A DNA stretch of 62,940 nucleotides, the filler included, from a bacterium (lineage in GTDB: Bacteria > JALSQH01): assembly GCA_027004335.1 (NCBI GenBank). It is 10 parts of 10 records of this genome, joined end to end, with 100 filler letters (N's around TTAATTAATTAA, not from the genome) between each part and the next. Parts side by side here need not be neighbours in the genome. Positions count along the whole stretch, not along the records: positions 46,301 to 53,396 come from JALTID010000210.1; positions 53,497 to 60,532 come from JALTID010000211.1; positions 60,633 to 62,940 come from JALTID010000212.1; 7 more parts are not named here. The stretch is one strand, 5' to 3'. This document shows, one piece after another, positions 52,845 to 62,940 of this stretch (positions are counted from its first letter, which is position 1; every line of letters begins with the position of its first letter). A model generated the notes under the pieces. The model was not told the origin of the DNA, did not search any database, and saw only the letters and a list, made by a program, of their open reading frames with translations. Both the position numbers and the translations under genes were made by a program.

Positions 52845-53396
52845 TTTATCCCTATCCTGCAGATAGTTACATAGGGGCAGTAGTTGCAGAAATTCTCCTC
52901 AAGGGGATCGGGGTAAAAAGGGATTTCTGGGTTGGTGATTGCGGATAGTAACGGGGTAAGAATTTTTTCCCTGAAAGTTTCAAGTTCAACCTCAGATTGA
53001 GCGGGGATTATCTCTTTAAAAATATCATCTTCTTTTGTTTTTCTTATAAAATAAAAAGCTGAGGAAATTGGAAATGGATCTTTTTCTTTCGTGGTTTTAT
53101 AGTAGAGATAAGAGTAGATGGCGAGCTGTGTGGAACCAATTTTCTCATAAATGTTTTTTCTCAACTCCTTGTCTTTTTCCAGGGTTAAGGGTGGAGAAAA
53201 TGTTTCTTCTATTATTGTATCCCAGAGTTTCTTTCCTCTGGTGTATCTGTCAGGTTTTCCTCCTGTTTTGTAATCAATGATTTCAATACACCCTTCTTTT
53301 CTCTGGATCCTGTCTGCAAATCCCTTAATTTTTACACCAAATCCAGCAATATTTTCTTTACATGACATCCCTTTCTCCAGAGCTTCTACCACAGCC
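52841..53396 (-). CDS. PD-(D/E)XK nuclease domain protein, AddB-like C-terminus (5' truncated)
   Basis: GFADRI, IIDYKTG, QLAIY and C-terminal CNYCPY..IC. Confidence 0.8.
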
Positions 53397-53496
53397 NNNN
53401 NNNNNNNNNNNNNNNNNNNNNNNNNNNNNNNNNNNNNNNNTTAATTAATTAANNNNNNNNNNNNNNNNNNNNNNNNNNNNNNNNNNNNNNNNNNNN

Positions 53497-53536
53497 CGTC
53501 ACGCTTTCCTGCCGTTTTTTATCAAGAGGATAATTC
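53497..53536 (+). repeat. 40-nt near-identical copy of 46161-46200 (probable contig overlap)
   Basis: 38 of 40 nt identical between one contig end and another contig start. Confidence 0.9.
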
Positions 53537-54736
53537 ATTGAAAAGGTCAGTATAATTCATCAGCAATCTTGTGATTAGAAATTTCTCTCTTACAATTTCT
53601 CTTCCTCTTTTACCAAGAAGAGCGGCAAGTTCAGGGGCCTTCAGAATGTCAATTACCCTTTTAGCAAATCCATCAACATCTTCTGGATCTACTAAAAAGC
53701 CATTATACCCATCTTTGATTTGAAGTGGTATTCCTCCAACAGCAGAAGCAACTACTGGTTTCCCTTTCCAGAGTGCCTCAGTTACCGTAAGACCAAATCC
53801 TTCTCTCAAAGATTTCTGAATTACTACAGCAGCCTTCCTCTGCAGAGCATTAACAAGGAAGTTGTTCTCAAGGCTTATAAGAACCAGATCCCCGCTTTTT
53901 ATAAGGTCTGAATATTTTCTCTCTATCCTTTCAAAGATATTCCATCCTTCCGGATCATCTGTGGCCATACTCCCACAGAGAACCAATCTTACATCCACCT
54001 CTTCTTTAACTTTCCGGAAAATTTCAATAACTCCTTCTGGATCCTTCCATTTATCAAATCGGGACACCTGCAGCATAAAAGGTTTCTTATCATAATCTGG
54101 AATAAACTTTCTTAAAAATTTATCAAATTCCTCCTCAGGAAAATCTCTGTTCTTTGATGAAAGAGGATCTATAGCAGGATAAAATATCCTTTGTTCAATT
54201 GGAAGATCGTGCCTAACATAAGCCTCATTGGATACGATCATAACATCGTACCTCAATATAAGAGGGCGCAAAAAATCACAGATCTCCTCATTGGGATTGG
54301 AGAGGTCCACATGGCATCTCCAGACCCAGGGTTGTCTCTTTTTATAAAACTTCACGAGTGGAAGAGGTTGAGGATCATGAATCACAACTATATCATGATG
54401 TATATGGGTATAAACAGAAAAATTTTCATTGGTCTGAAAATAAAGATCCTTTTTCCTTTCAGTAAGATGGATCTTATCCCCCTGCAGGGAGTTATGTATT
54501 TTTTTTGTAACACCAAAGAAATCTTCATTAGCATGAAGAATTCTCCATCCCACATCCATTCCTACATCATTGGCAAGGGGTACCATGGTGGAAAGCATCT
54601 CAGCAACCCCACCTCCTTGAAATGTGGAATTAATATTCAATATTTTTTTGTTGTAGAGCCGTCTTGCCTTCCTGTAAATTTCTGTGATCACAACATCATC
54701 CACTATCCCCCTGTAATTTTCAAGTGTAATCACCAT
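53522..54736 (-). CDS. treT: GT4 glycosyltransferase, trehalose synthase TreT-like
   Basis: INST..GGGVAE, IHDPQP, WRCHVD, QVSRFDKWKD and EGFGLTVTEALWK. Confidence 0.88.
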   Translation of the reverse strand: MVITLENYRGIVDDVVITEIYRKARRLYNKKILNINSTFQGGGVAEMLSTMVPLANDVGMDVGWRILHANEDFFGVTKKIHNSLQGDKIHLTERKKDLYFQTNENFSVYTHIHHDIVVIHDPQPLPLVKFYKKRQPWVWRCHVDLSNPNEEICDFLRPLILRYDVMIVSNEAYVRHDLPIEQRIFYPAIDPLSSKNRDFPEEEFDKFLRKFIPDYDKKPFMLQVSRFDKWKDPEGVIEIFRKVKEEVDVRLVLCGSMATDDPEGWNIFERIERKYSDLIKSGDLVLISLENNFLVNALQRKAAVVIQKSLREGFGLTVTEALWKGKPVVASAVGGIPLQIKDGYNGFLVDPEDVDGFAKRVIDILKAPELAALLGKRGREIVREKFLITRLLMNYTDLFNELSS

Positions 54737-54748
54737 ACTTCCTCCTAT

Positions 54749-56935
54749 CTAAGTTAAAAATGCCTGAAGAAGATATCTAACCATAACTGGATTTTCTACA
54801 TAAAATTTAGCCTTGGATGGTTTTATGCCAACCTTTACCGAATATGCATTTTCAGGGAGAATATTAAATACATCTTCATCTGTTTTATCGTCACCGGCGG
54901 CCAGAATAAATTCCCATTCTTTCCTTTCCAGCCATCTTTTCACTGCTGCACCTTTATTGATGCCGGCATTTTTTATTTCAAGTACCTTATCACCTTCAAG
55001 AACAGAGAGGTCCTTATTGGCAATAACAGGAACAAGAGCTGATTTTAATTCTGCACGCTTCTGCACCACCTGTTCAGGATCTGCCTCACGGAAATGCCAA
55101 GCAAGAGAATACTCTTTTTCTTCAATAAAACTGCCCGGAGTTGAGAGCATAAACCGTTCAAGGATATTACGGATTTCATCCTTCCATGAACTGTCCACAG
55201 GTTCAATTGTATACCACTCACCATCTCTCTCTCTTACCCATACCCCATGTTCTGCCACTAAGTGCAGAAAATTTATCTGATCAAACCACTTTTCAAGAAA
55301 CTTCCTGTCTCTTCCACTGATTACAACAACATCAGCATTCTCTATCTCAGTAAGCTTTTCTAAAATTTCAAGAATCTCGCTATCAGGAACAGCATATTCA
55401 GGTCTCTTTTGAAGAGGGATAAGAGTACCATCATAATCAAGTATAAGCAGCTTACTTCTGGCAGAGGAAAACTCTTTTTTTATCCTTTCTGTGAGTGCAG
55501 GTGTTAATTTTTTCCCTTTTCTCTCCTCTATCTCCCCCTTAACCTGAATAAGTTTATCCACAAAATCCTGGGTCCACTTGCGAATATCATACCTTCTGAT
55601 CCTCTCCTGCATAAACCTATTTCGTTTAACTTGTTCATCCTCATCCATGGTAAGAGCTTCAAAAAATGCATTAGAAATCTCTCTAATATCATAAGGATTA
55701 ATGATAACTGCCTCATTCATCTCCCTTGCAGCTCCAGCCATTTCACTGAGTATGAGAACTCCTGGATTATCCTGCTTAACAGTAACATATTCCTTTGCCA
55801 CAAGATTCATACCATCACGAAGAGGAGTAACAAGAGCAACATCTGCAGCAAGATAGAACACGGAAAGATTCTTCTGAGAAAATGATTTATAATAAAAGTG
55901 TAGAGGTATCCAGCCAGAGGAACTGAAGTTACCGTTGATCTCACCTACAAGTTCACTTACCTCTCTTTTGATCTCAGCGTAGTATTCCACATCTTCCCTG
56001 GAAGGAACAACAATTAAAATGTAAATTATCTTTCCATGGAACTCGGGATGCTTCTTTAAAAATAGCTCAAATGCCTTCAGCCTGTTTATAATCCCCTTGG
56101 TATAATCAAGTCTATCCACAGAAAGGATTATCTTCCTATTCCCTGTATTTTTCTTTAATTCATCTACCCCTTTCAAGACATCTTCATCTCTACTCATTCC
56201 AATCCAGAATTGATAATCTATACTAATCGGAAAAGCATCAACCTTTACGGGTCTGCCGTTGAGTATATAGGAAAGGTCGTTCTCATAACCGAGAACTTTC
56301 AGCACGCTGTTTAAAAAATAATTACCATACTCATAGGTGTGAAACCCAATAAGATCAGATCCAATCAAACCTTCAAGAATCTCCCTCTTCCACGGAATGA
56401 TCCTGAAAACCTCATATGCAGGAAAGGGGATATGGAGAAAAAATCCTATAGTGGCATCTGGAAATTTCTCGCGTATCATTGCTGGTAGCAGCATCAGATG
56501 ATAATCATGAATCCAGAGAAAATCCCCCTTCCTATAAACTCTACTCAAAGTTTCCGCATACTTCCTGTTTACTTTAACATATTCCTCCCAGTAACTCTCA
56601 TTAAATTCAATATACTGCGGAAAATAATGAAAAAGGGGCCATATTACCTTATTGCTGAAACCATCGTAGAAATTTTTTAAACTCTTTCTGGCAAGGAAAA
56701 CTGGAAAACATTTCTCCGCATTTAACTTATGGGCTATTTCAATGATATCGTCCTCGTTAAGCTCCTCTCTTGCGATTCCTGGCCAGCCTATCCAGAGAGT
56801 TTCATATTTATCTGTGAGGGAGGAAAGGGCACTGGCGAGACCCCCTGGACTTTTTGTATAGACTAATTTTCCTCTGGATTTCCTGATGGTAAATTTTGAG
56901 CGATTAGCAACTATAATAAGTCTTGATTGTTCCAT
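54749..56935 (-). CDS. Bifunctional trehalose-6-phosphate synthase/phosphatase (OtsA-OtsB fusion)
   Basis: [26 protein letters not shown] and DGMNLVAKE, then HAD motifs LDYDGTL and GDDKTDED. Start moved to MEQSRL. Confidence 0.95.
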   Translation of the reverse strand: MEQSRLIIVANRSKFTIRKSRGKLVYTKSPGGLASALSSLTDKYETLWIGWPGIAREELNEDDIIEIAHKLNAEKCFPVFLARKSLKNFYDGFSNKVIWPLFHYFPQYIEFNESYWEEYVKVNRKYAETLSRVYRKGDFLWIHDYHLMLLPAMIREKFPDATIGFFLHIPFPAYEVFRIIPWKREILEGLIGSDLIGFHTYEYGNYFLNSVLKVLGYENDLSYILNGRPVKVDAFPISIDYQFWIGMSRDEDVLKGVDELKKNTGNRKIILSVDRLDYTKGIINRLKAFELFLKKHPEFHGKIIYILIVVPSREDVEYYAEIKREVSELVGEINGNFSSSGWIPLHFYYKSFSQKNLSVFYLAADVALVTPLRDGMNLVAKEYVTVKQDNPGVLILSEMAGAAREMNEAVIINPYDIREISNAFFEALTMDEDEQVKRNRFMQERIRRYDIRKWTQDFVDKLIQVKGEIEERKGKKLTPALTERIKKEFSSARSKLLILDYDGTLIPLQKRPEYAVPDSEILEILEKLTEIENADVVVISGRDRKFLEKWFDQINFLHLVAEHGVWVRERDGEWYTIEPVDSSWKDEIRNILERFMLSTPGSFIEEKEYSLAWHFREADPEQVVQKRAELKSALVPVIANKDLSVLEGDKVLEIKNAGINKGAAVKRWLERKEWEFILAAGDDKTDEDVFNILPENAYSVKVGIKPSKAKFYVENPVMVRYLLQAFLT

Positions 56936-57050
56936 TATTATTATTTTAGCACTTTTCGTGGGGTTTGAAAATGGGGAAATATCTGTCACATTCTTTTTCA
57001 TTGACTCATAACTCAACATTCATTAAGATTACCTAAAATAGGAGGATGGG

Positions 57051-57301
57051 ATGGATATTCCAGTATGGAGTGAAGAAGAAAAAAGGACGGTTTTCTGTTG
57101 ACTGCCATCGGACTGGCTGAGAATAACATTTTGAGGGTCAAAAAAGAAGTCTTTCAGCAGAGCTGTATTGAAGGCTATTTCAAACCAAGGGCAATCTCCC
57201 TCGGATTAAAGGTGATTGAAGCTGTCCCACTAAAAGAGGGATATAGAATAAGGGGGGGGAGGAACAAAAAATCTCCCCTGAGAAGAATCTATTGTGAATA
57301 A
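57051..57301 (+). pseudogene. Small gene apparently frameshifted at an A6 run
   Basis: SD AGGAGG + ATG 57051 (MDIPVWSEEEK) stops early. The open frame KDGFLLTAIG.. resumes across the A6 run at 57079-57084. Confidence 0.45.
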
Positions 57302-58580
57302 TAAAAGTAGGCCAATCAAAATCATGATTTCTATTTTAGCAGGCTGGTCCGGATTACTGCTGATTATATTCCCTTTGCTTGGATTTCCTCTATTTGAGAT
57401 AGGAGATTTTAATTTTTACACAGCAATGGCATATCACGGAATAGCAATAACTGCATGGTTGTTGCTACTTCTTGCATATTTATACTATATCAAGCCATCG
57501 CAGAAAATAGAAAAATGGAGTGGATATGGGGCAGTAGCTGCAGCTATCTTAGCTGGAATTGGTTCTATGCTAATACACAACAGGGGGGTTTCCACCGGCA
57601 CAGTTATTCAGATCTCAGGAATGGTTCTTACAGAAATTATTGCACTGACAATAATAATTTTAGCGATCAAATTTTATTTTACAGAACCCATGAAAAATAT
57701 TAATTCTCTTGCATGGTGGACTGGTTTAACAGGACTTATATCAATGTCTTTATCTGCTCCCCTGGGACATTTAGCTGGAGCTACAATTGATCTGGGAAAT
57801 AAATTCTTTCTCATACTGCAACATGCAAAAGCTTTAAATATGCCTGTGCAGGATGTGCTTGATGGCTATATTGGGTCTCACAGCCACGAAATTTTAGCAG
57901 CATTTTTTGCTACCGCTTTTACAATACCTCTAATAAGTAGATCCGAAGAAGAGAAAAAGGGAACAGTTATTATAGAGAAGTTCAGTTTGTTTATCATAAT
58001 AATAGCAACTATTGCACAAACACTCCTCTACCAGTACTGTGCATGGTCCGGTTGGGAACCCCCAACTCTCTTTGCCAATGGACCCAATGGGATTCCCCTT
58101 GATGATTTCATACTTTCCATTCTGGGAATAGGTTTGTTGATCCTTATCTACCCCCTTATTGTGAGAGCAGGAAAAAAACTTAAAAGTAAAACAGGGCTCA
58201 TCAACATCACGGTTGCGCTAACCCTGTTTGCCTATCTAATATCAATTGTGGCACTGGGCATATTTATTGAATTCCATGAGCAGTATTTCGGCCATGGAGA
58301 GGGGAGTGCCCGTGGTGTCTTGCACGATATGGCTTATATTAGAGCACATCTACTCTTTGGATTTATGATAATTCCTATCTTGTTAGGCACGCTCCTCCAC
58401 GGGGAGCTTATCACTGATAAAAAGCGACTTTATCCTCCTTTCAGTATAGCGTTACTTGCAATAATATCAGGCTCCATGGGGGTATTCACATGGACATTTT
58501 CCTTAAATCCTCTTTTAGTAGAAGTATCATTTTCCCTCACCGCACTATCCCTGCTGGTGTTTGGAGTAGCAGGAGGGTAA
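57294..58580 (+). CDS. Polytopic membrane protein with membrane-associated His motifs
   Basis: About 11-12 hydrophobic segments; YHG, GHLAG, SHSHE, FHE and AHL motifs. Confidence 0.7.
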   Translation: MNNKSRPIKIMISILAGWSGLLLIIFPLLGFPLFEIGDFNFYTAMAYHGIAITAWLLLLLAYLYYIKPSQKIEKWSGYGAVAAAILAGIGSMLIHNRGVSTGTVIQISGMVLTEIIALTIIILAIKFYFTEPMKNINSLAWWTGLTGLISMSLSAPLGHLAGATIDLGNKFFLILQHAKALNMPVQDVLDGYIGSHSHEILAAFFATAFTIPLISRSEEEKKGTVIIEKFSLFIIIIATIAQTLLYQYCAWSGWEPPTLFANGPNGIPLDDFILSILGIGLLILIYPLIVRAGKKLKSKTGLINITVALTLFAYLISIVALGIFIEFHEQYFGHGEGSARGVLHDMAYIRAHLLFGFMIIPILLGTLLHGELITDKKRLYPPFSIALLAIISGSMGVFTWTFSLNPLLVEVSFSLTALSLLVFGVAGG

Positions 58581-58644
58581 TCCTCTTGCCATTTTTCCCA
58601 ATTCCTTCTAATATCTTAAATGGAACCGAGAAAGGGTAATAATT

Positions 58645-60069
58645 ATGAAAAAAATATTGACTCTTTTAATTCTGATTCCACTGATTTTAATCTCATGCGG
58701 GGGAAAAACAAAAGAGGAAAAAGGTGCAAGCACTCCTCAGATTAAAGCCTACCCCCTCTATGTTGAAAACTACCAATTTAAAAAAGATGGATATACCTTT
58801 CTTGCCAGGGGTATCAATGTTGCTGGAGACTGGAAATACAAAAATGCACCTGCCATCTACCCATACCTCGGCAATGTCACAGAAGGTACTTTTCGCTGGT
58901 TGCGTGAAGATCTTGGGTACAACTTTGTAAGAATGTTAGCTATCTGGGCAGCTATTGAACCAGAACCTAACAAATTTAACGAAGATTATATAAAAGAATA
59001 CGCGAAGAGGGTCTCCTGGGCAGAAGAAAATCATATGTATGTTTTCATAGATATGCATCAGGATGCCTACAGCGAAGCATTTTACAAATATGGAGGTGAC
59101 GGTGCTCCAACCTGGACATGTCCATCAAAATATTATCAGGATCAACCTGATATGCCCAGATGGGAACTGGGTTATCTCACACCAGGAGTACTGGCATGTG
59201 TAAAAAGATTCTGGAGCAATGAGGATAACCTCTGGTGGCACTATGGTGAATCTGTTAAAAGGATATTACAACCTTTTGCAAAGAGCAAAACAGTAGTTGG
59301 ATTGGAGATCATGAATGAGCCATTCTGGGGACCATTTGGTCCAGATACATTTGAAAGAAAATACCTCTACAGGTTTTATCTCTACATTGGCAAAATTATT
59401 CAGCAGATAGCTCCACAAAAAATTATCTTTTTTGAACCAGCAGCATCCAAGAATCTCGGGTATCCATCTGAATTACCACCGATTCCCTTCCCCCAACTTG
59501 CCTACGCACCCCATTTTTATCTCACCACTTTCTATTTGGGAAGGACCTACCCCGGGGACATGACCGGGATGCTTCAAGAGAGCATGGAGACACGAATTGG
59601 AGAAGCAAAGGCTCAAAATGCTGTGCCCATAATCGGAGAATTTGGAGCCTGGATGGACAGAGAATCCACTATCAAATATTTGAAGGATTTCTTTAATGCA
59701 GCAGAAACCGTTAAGATCAATTTAACCCAGTGGGAACTTACCGATACTGAATACAGATTTCAAAATAGTGACTACTGGGGCGAGTGGATCAAAGTAGTTA
59801 TCAGGGCTTTTCCGGAAATGTGGCAGGGAAATCTTGTAAAATATAGCTACGACCCTTATAAATTAATTCTTTCTATAACCTGGGAGGCAAAGAATAAGGA
59901 TGACATGATCGTAACACTACCTCATTATATTTTTAAGAAGCAATGTAGTGTTAATTCTGCTCCTGATGCAATTAAATGGGAGTGGATAAATAAATACCAG
60001 ATAAGAATAACTGCGGAAAAATCAGATACCTTTAACATAAAAGTGAACGCAGAGACCACCCAGCACTGA
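58645..60069 (+). CDS. GH5 glycoside hydrolase lipoprotein (endoglycoceramidase-like)
   Basis: Lipobox LISC; RGIN, W..IEP, DMHQD, GDGAP.W, acid/base NEP and nucleophile GEFG. Confidence 0.88.
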   Translation: MKKILTLLILIPLILISCGGKTKEEKGASTPQIKAYPLYVENYQFKKDGYTFLARGINVAGDWKYKNAPAIYPYLGNVTEGTFRWLREDLGYNFVRMLAIWAAIEPEPNKFNEDYIKEYAKRVSWAEENHMYVFIDMHQDAYSEAFYKYGGDGAPTWTCPSKYYQDQPDMPRWELGYLTPGVLACVKRFWSNEDNLWWHYGESVKRILQPFAKSKTVVGLEIMNEPFWGPFGPDTFERKYLYRFYLYIGKIIQQIAPQKIIFFEPAASKNLGYPSELPPIPFPQLAYAPHFYLTTFYLGRTYPGDMTGMLQESMETRIGEAKAQNAVPIIGEFGAWMDRESTIKYLKDFFNAAETVKINLTQWELTDTEYRFQNSDYWGEWIKVVIRAFPEMWQGNLVKYSYDPYKLILSITWEAKNKDDMIVTLPHYIFKKQCSVNSAPDAIKWEWINKYQIRITAEKSDTFNIKVNAETTQH

Positions 60070-60146
60070 TTACCACCTTGCAAAGTGTCTTTGGCAAAAC
60101 TTGCAGCAGGGTGAGGAAGATGTCTTAACCAGGAAAAGCAATTTAC

Positions 60147-60195
60147 TTGACAACTAAATTGAACTATGGTAAGGTAGTCTTGACAATTTTGTCAA
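60147..60195 (+). promoter_or_regulatory. Sigma70 promoter plus palindromic operator
   Basis: TTGACA-17 nt-TAAGGT with extended TG, followed by TTGACAATTTTGTCAA at 60180-60195 over the predicted start site. Confidence 0.7.
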
Positions 60196-60216
60196 AATTC
60201 AAAAAAGGAGTATGTT

Positions 60217-60532
60217 ATGATTGGAATTAAAGACCTGGGTTCTTACATTCCAGCTCACAGATTACCCCGTCAAAAAATAGGTGAGGCCTTGGGGTATGAT
60301 GAATTTTTTATGAAGATGATGTTGGGTGAGAAAGCGGTGGCCAACTACGATGAGGATTCGCTGACCATGGCTTCGGAGGCTGTGCTTTTAGCGCTGGAGG
60401 GAAGGGATACATCCAAGATCAATGCACTCTATTTTGCTTCTACAACAGCTCCCTATCTTGAAAAAAATACCTCCAGCACTCTTGCTGAGATTGCTGATCT
60501 TTCCAGTGAAATTAGTACCATTGATTTTGGTA
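60217..60532 (+). CDS. HMG-CoA-synthase/thiolase-fold protein (3' truncated)
   Basis: MIGI...GSYIP..RL, EKAVANYDEDSLTMA and LYFASTTAPY.EK. Confidence 0.8.
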
Positions 60533-60632
60533 NNNNNNNNNNNNNNNNNNNNNNNNNNNNNNNNNNNNNNNNNNNNTTAATTAATTAANNNNNNNNNNNN
60601 NNNNNNNNNNNNNNNNNNNNNNNNNNNNNNNN

Positions 60633-61239
60633 ATTAACAGGGGTGTTAGGGGGGGACCTCGGAGAGTACTTTTTTCTCCCTGTTATTTCAAAAAAAGAAC
60701 AAAAAGGCTGGCTTCTTGGAAGATTAAGAGCAGATTATGAAGAAGAAAAAAAATTCCTGCCAGGTTTAAGACCCCTAAAATCAGGTACAATAAATTTTGA
60801 AGATTACAAAATGAAGGAGGAGATCCTCTTTATTCCAAGGGGGGAATGGTTTGAAAATTACAAGAGCTGGTTTCTAATCTATCTTTTCCCCCTACTTCTC
60901 GGACTTCTTAAAAGTGGATGGGAGATCAGCAATGAATATGCACAACAGCGGTACCAGGGGGGAGTACCAATTGCTGAAATCCCCTCTGTCCAGAAGCTCC
61001 TGAAAAATATAAAAGAAACAATTATTCTAATTGAAATGATAACTTCATACTTGAGCGAGACAGATCTCTCGCAGGTTCCCTATTTGTATACTTCAGTTAT
61101 TGACAAAATTGAAGAGTCAATTCTAAATTCTATTCAGGTCATGGGTGGTTATGGATATATGCAGGATTACAAGGTGGAGAGAATTCTCAGAGATTTTAAA
61201 AGCATCAGATCTATTTTTTCTCCCCTGGAATACATATAA
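60633..61239 (+). CDS. Divergent acyl-CoA dehydrogenase-family protein (5' truncated)
   Basis: EYA..RYQGG.PI and IQVMGGYGYMQDY.VERILRD. Confidence 0.75.
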
Positions 61240-61255
61240 ATTTATCATTTTTCTC

Positions 61256-62110
61256 ATGCCATTTCTTTTAATATCACTTCCCCCCATGGCAGGTGCACAA
61301 ACATCTTCTCCTCACTGGCTAAGGATTGGATTTTCCTCCCGAAGCGGGGGAGAATGGTTCAATCAGGATGGTAGAAGGGAGAAAGAAGAGGTTTATCTTG
61401 TTGAGAGAAGAATCTCACTCGATTTACATTTCACTATATACAAAAAATTCTTTGTAGAATATGAAAGTTCCATGGTGTGGAGAAAGGGGAAATCATCTTT
61501 TTATTTCCTCGCCGGGAACAGAATGCTACCTGCAACAACCGGAGAGATCAAATCACACGGTCCCGGAGATTCTACAGCTTCTGCAGGAATAAAAATAGGT
61601 AAATTCACCCACAAAATCTCTCTTGAGATCCCCTCAGGTAGCAGTGACTTTTCTTATCTACAATATCCATTAGGTACAGGAAGGTGGGGAATATCTTTAG
61701 AAGAAAATGTTCAATTTTTTCTACTCACCAATAATCAACTCTCTTTAAAATTTATCCACCTTTTCCCTAGAGATTACACCTATGTGGATTATTTAGGAAA
61801 TGTTTTACCATTCAGGATGGATGCAAAGGAAAAATTTTTCCTCATTTATTCCATCATATTTAATCGCAGAGCAGCAACATTTAACCCCGGAATAAATTAC
61901 TACCACGAATTCGCCCTCAGCAAAGAAAACCTCCTCATTCTCTTTTTGCAAATTCTAATAAGAGCAGGTGGCTCTGGAAGTATCATTGCAGGTGTTGAAC
62001 TACCGATCTATGGGAAATACTACCCATCTCAGATGTACCCATCTTTCTTCTGGCTTAATGAATATCCTATAGGTAAGAAAATCTACCTGCGGTGGAGGTA
62101 TATTCTGTGA
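61256..62110 (+). CDS. Probable outer-membrane beta-barrel protein
   Basis: Hydrophobic N-terminus, GPGD and IPSG..PLGTG motifs, aromatic strands, C-terminal LRWRYIL. Start codon uncertain. Confidence 0.55.
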   Translation: MPFLLISLPPMAGAQTSSPHWLRIGFSSRSGGEWFNQDGRREKEEVYLVERRISLDLHFTIYKKFFVEYESSMVWRKGKSSFYFLAGNRMLPATTGEIKSHGPGDSTASAGIKIGKFTHKISLEIPSGSSDFSYLQYPLGTGRWGISLEENVQFFLLTNNQLSLKFIHLFPRDYTYVDYLGNVLPFRMDAKEKFFLIYSIIFNRRAATFNPGINYYHEFALSKENLLILFLQILIRAGGSGSIIAGVELPIYGKYYPSQMYPSFFWLNEYPIGKKIYLRWRYIL

Positions 62111-62940
62111 AAAAATTACTGCTCATAACCGTACTTTCATTCATAACAACAAACCTCTTCGGTGGTTTTCCTGAGGTGAAATGGCAAGAAATAGAATCTC
62201 CACACTTCAGCATAATTTTTCCTGCAGGAAGAGAACGATACGCAGCAAATGTAAGCAAAATTGCAGAGAGAGCCTATAACCTTTACACAAAAAAATATGG
62301 AGTAAAACATCCAGAAAAAACGATTATAGTTCTCAGAGATCTCTCTGAGATATCCAACGGGGCTACATACTACTTCTGGAATCTCGTCAGGATTGATGGA
62401 TTTACAGGATATTTTTATCTTAGAGATACTACTTCATGGTGGAGAAATGTTATTAGCCATGAGTTAAGCCATGATTTTTCACTTCTTGCTGCGGACCCCT
62501 TCAACAGAAATGTTCCTGGTATCCTGGTGGGAACTAACACCTCTCCTTCATATGGAGAGGTCGCTGGAGAATTCTACATTCCTGCAACAAATATTCCTCG
62601 TTGGTACGCAGAGGGGATCGCTCAGAGGGATTCCTCCCTTCTCGGGGGAGATAGATGGGATAGTATAAGGGATATGTTACTCAGAGTGAGACTCCTCTCC
62701 GGAAAGAACCAGAAACTTGATGCAATCAACACCATCCTGGACAAGGGATATCTTGAAGGAGAGATGGTATACAATCAAGGATTGGCTTTCACCCAATTCC
62801 TTGAAGAAAAGTATCCCGGGTTCGTGTCAGAATCATGCAGAATGATGGGGAAAAAATGGCATTCTTCCATAGATTCTGTTTTCCAAAAAATTTCTGGAGA
62901 TTCCCCAGAAACTCTATATTCAAAATGGGTATCCTATGAG
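62107..62940 (+). CDS. Secreted gluzincin-type (clan MA) metallopeptidase-domain protein, runs off window (not in ORF track)
   Basis: Manual translation from GTG: signal peptide, W..IESPHF, VISHELSH and PRWYAEGIAQ. Confidence 0.82.
   Translation, partial: MKKLLLITVLSFITTNLFGGFPEVKWQEIESPHFSIIFPAGRERYAANVSKIAERAYNLYTKKYGVKHPEKTIIVLRDLSEISNGATYYFWNLVRIDGFTGYFYLRDTTSWWRNVISHELSHDFSLLAADPFNRNVPGILVGTNTSPSYGEVAGEFYIPATNIPRWYAEGIAQRDSSLLGGDRWDSIRDMLLRVRLLSGKNQKLDAINTILDKGYLEGEMVYNQGLAFTQFLEEKYPGFVSESCRMMGKKWHSSIDSVFQKISGDSPETLYSKWVSYE

Noticed and set aside
52841-53396. Cas4 or CRISPR-associated nuclease
   Set aside because: It is a truncated PD-(D/E)XK domain of AddB type. No CRISPR array or other cas gene was seen.
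54191-54757. Long antisense ORFs such as 54191-54757, 8210-8677 and 39603-40061
   Set aside because: They are shadows of well-supported genes on the opposite strand and have no recognisable motifs.
57046-57126. Possible selenoprotein from TGT-TGA or DCHRTG-TGA readings
   Set aside because: Both frames hit another stop shortly afterwards and I see no convincing SECIS. A frameshift explains the region better.
60091-60105. TTGGCAAAACTTGCA as a sigma54 promoter
   Set aside because: GG-to-GC spacing is 8 nt, not the required 10.

Overview
This is a concatenated draft or metagenome-bin scaffold of 10 contigs joined by nine artificial 100-nt spacers (44 N, TTAATTAATTAA, 44 N), so gene order across spacers means nothing. 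The DNA is AT-rich and bacterial. Deltaproteobacterial or myxobacterial-type markers are present: mglA/mglB, a TIGR02266-type PilZ protein, an MXAN_5187-C-like protein and a GC-motif CTERM tail. Housekeeping content includes hslUV-xerC, rnr, dgt, atpAGDC, tgt, rplI-dnaB, tRNA-Arg(CCT), acyl-CoA metabolism and trehalose synthesis. Most notable: (1) an in-frame fusion of ribosomal proteins bS6 and bS18 behind an S6:S18-type leader; (2) an uncharacterised uptake operon (ModE-like regulator, TonB-dependent receptor, ECF-like A-A/S/T, NTPase) sharing a duplicated promoter/ModE-like box with a codon-atypical TSUP + DUF364 cassette; (3) a promoter-terminator-bounded C-rich candidate sRNA; (4) a C25 gingipain-like peptidase coupled to a CTERM-tailed surface protein; (5) an AmmeMemoRadiSam locus with a split radical SAM gene and an export-signal-bearing B-A fusion; (6) a shared TTGACAAnnTTGTCAA operator on acyl-CoA genes and several apparently leaderless genes. 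All family assignments come from motif recognition, not database searches.
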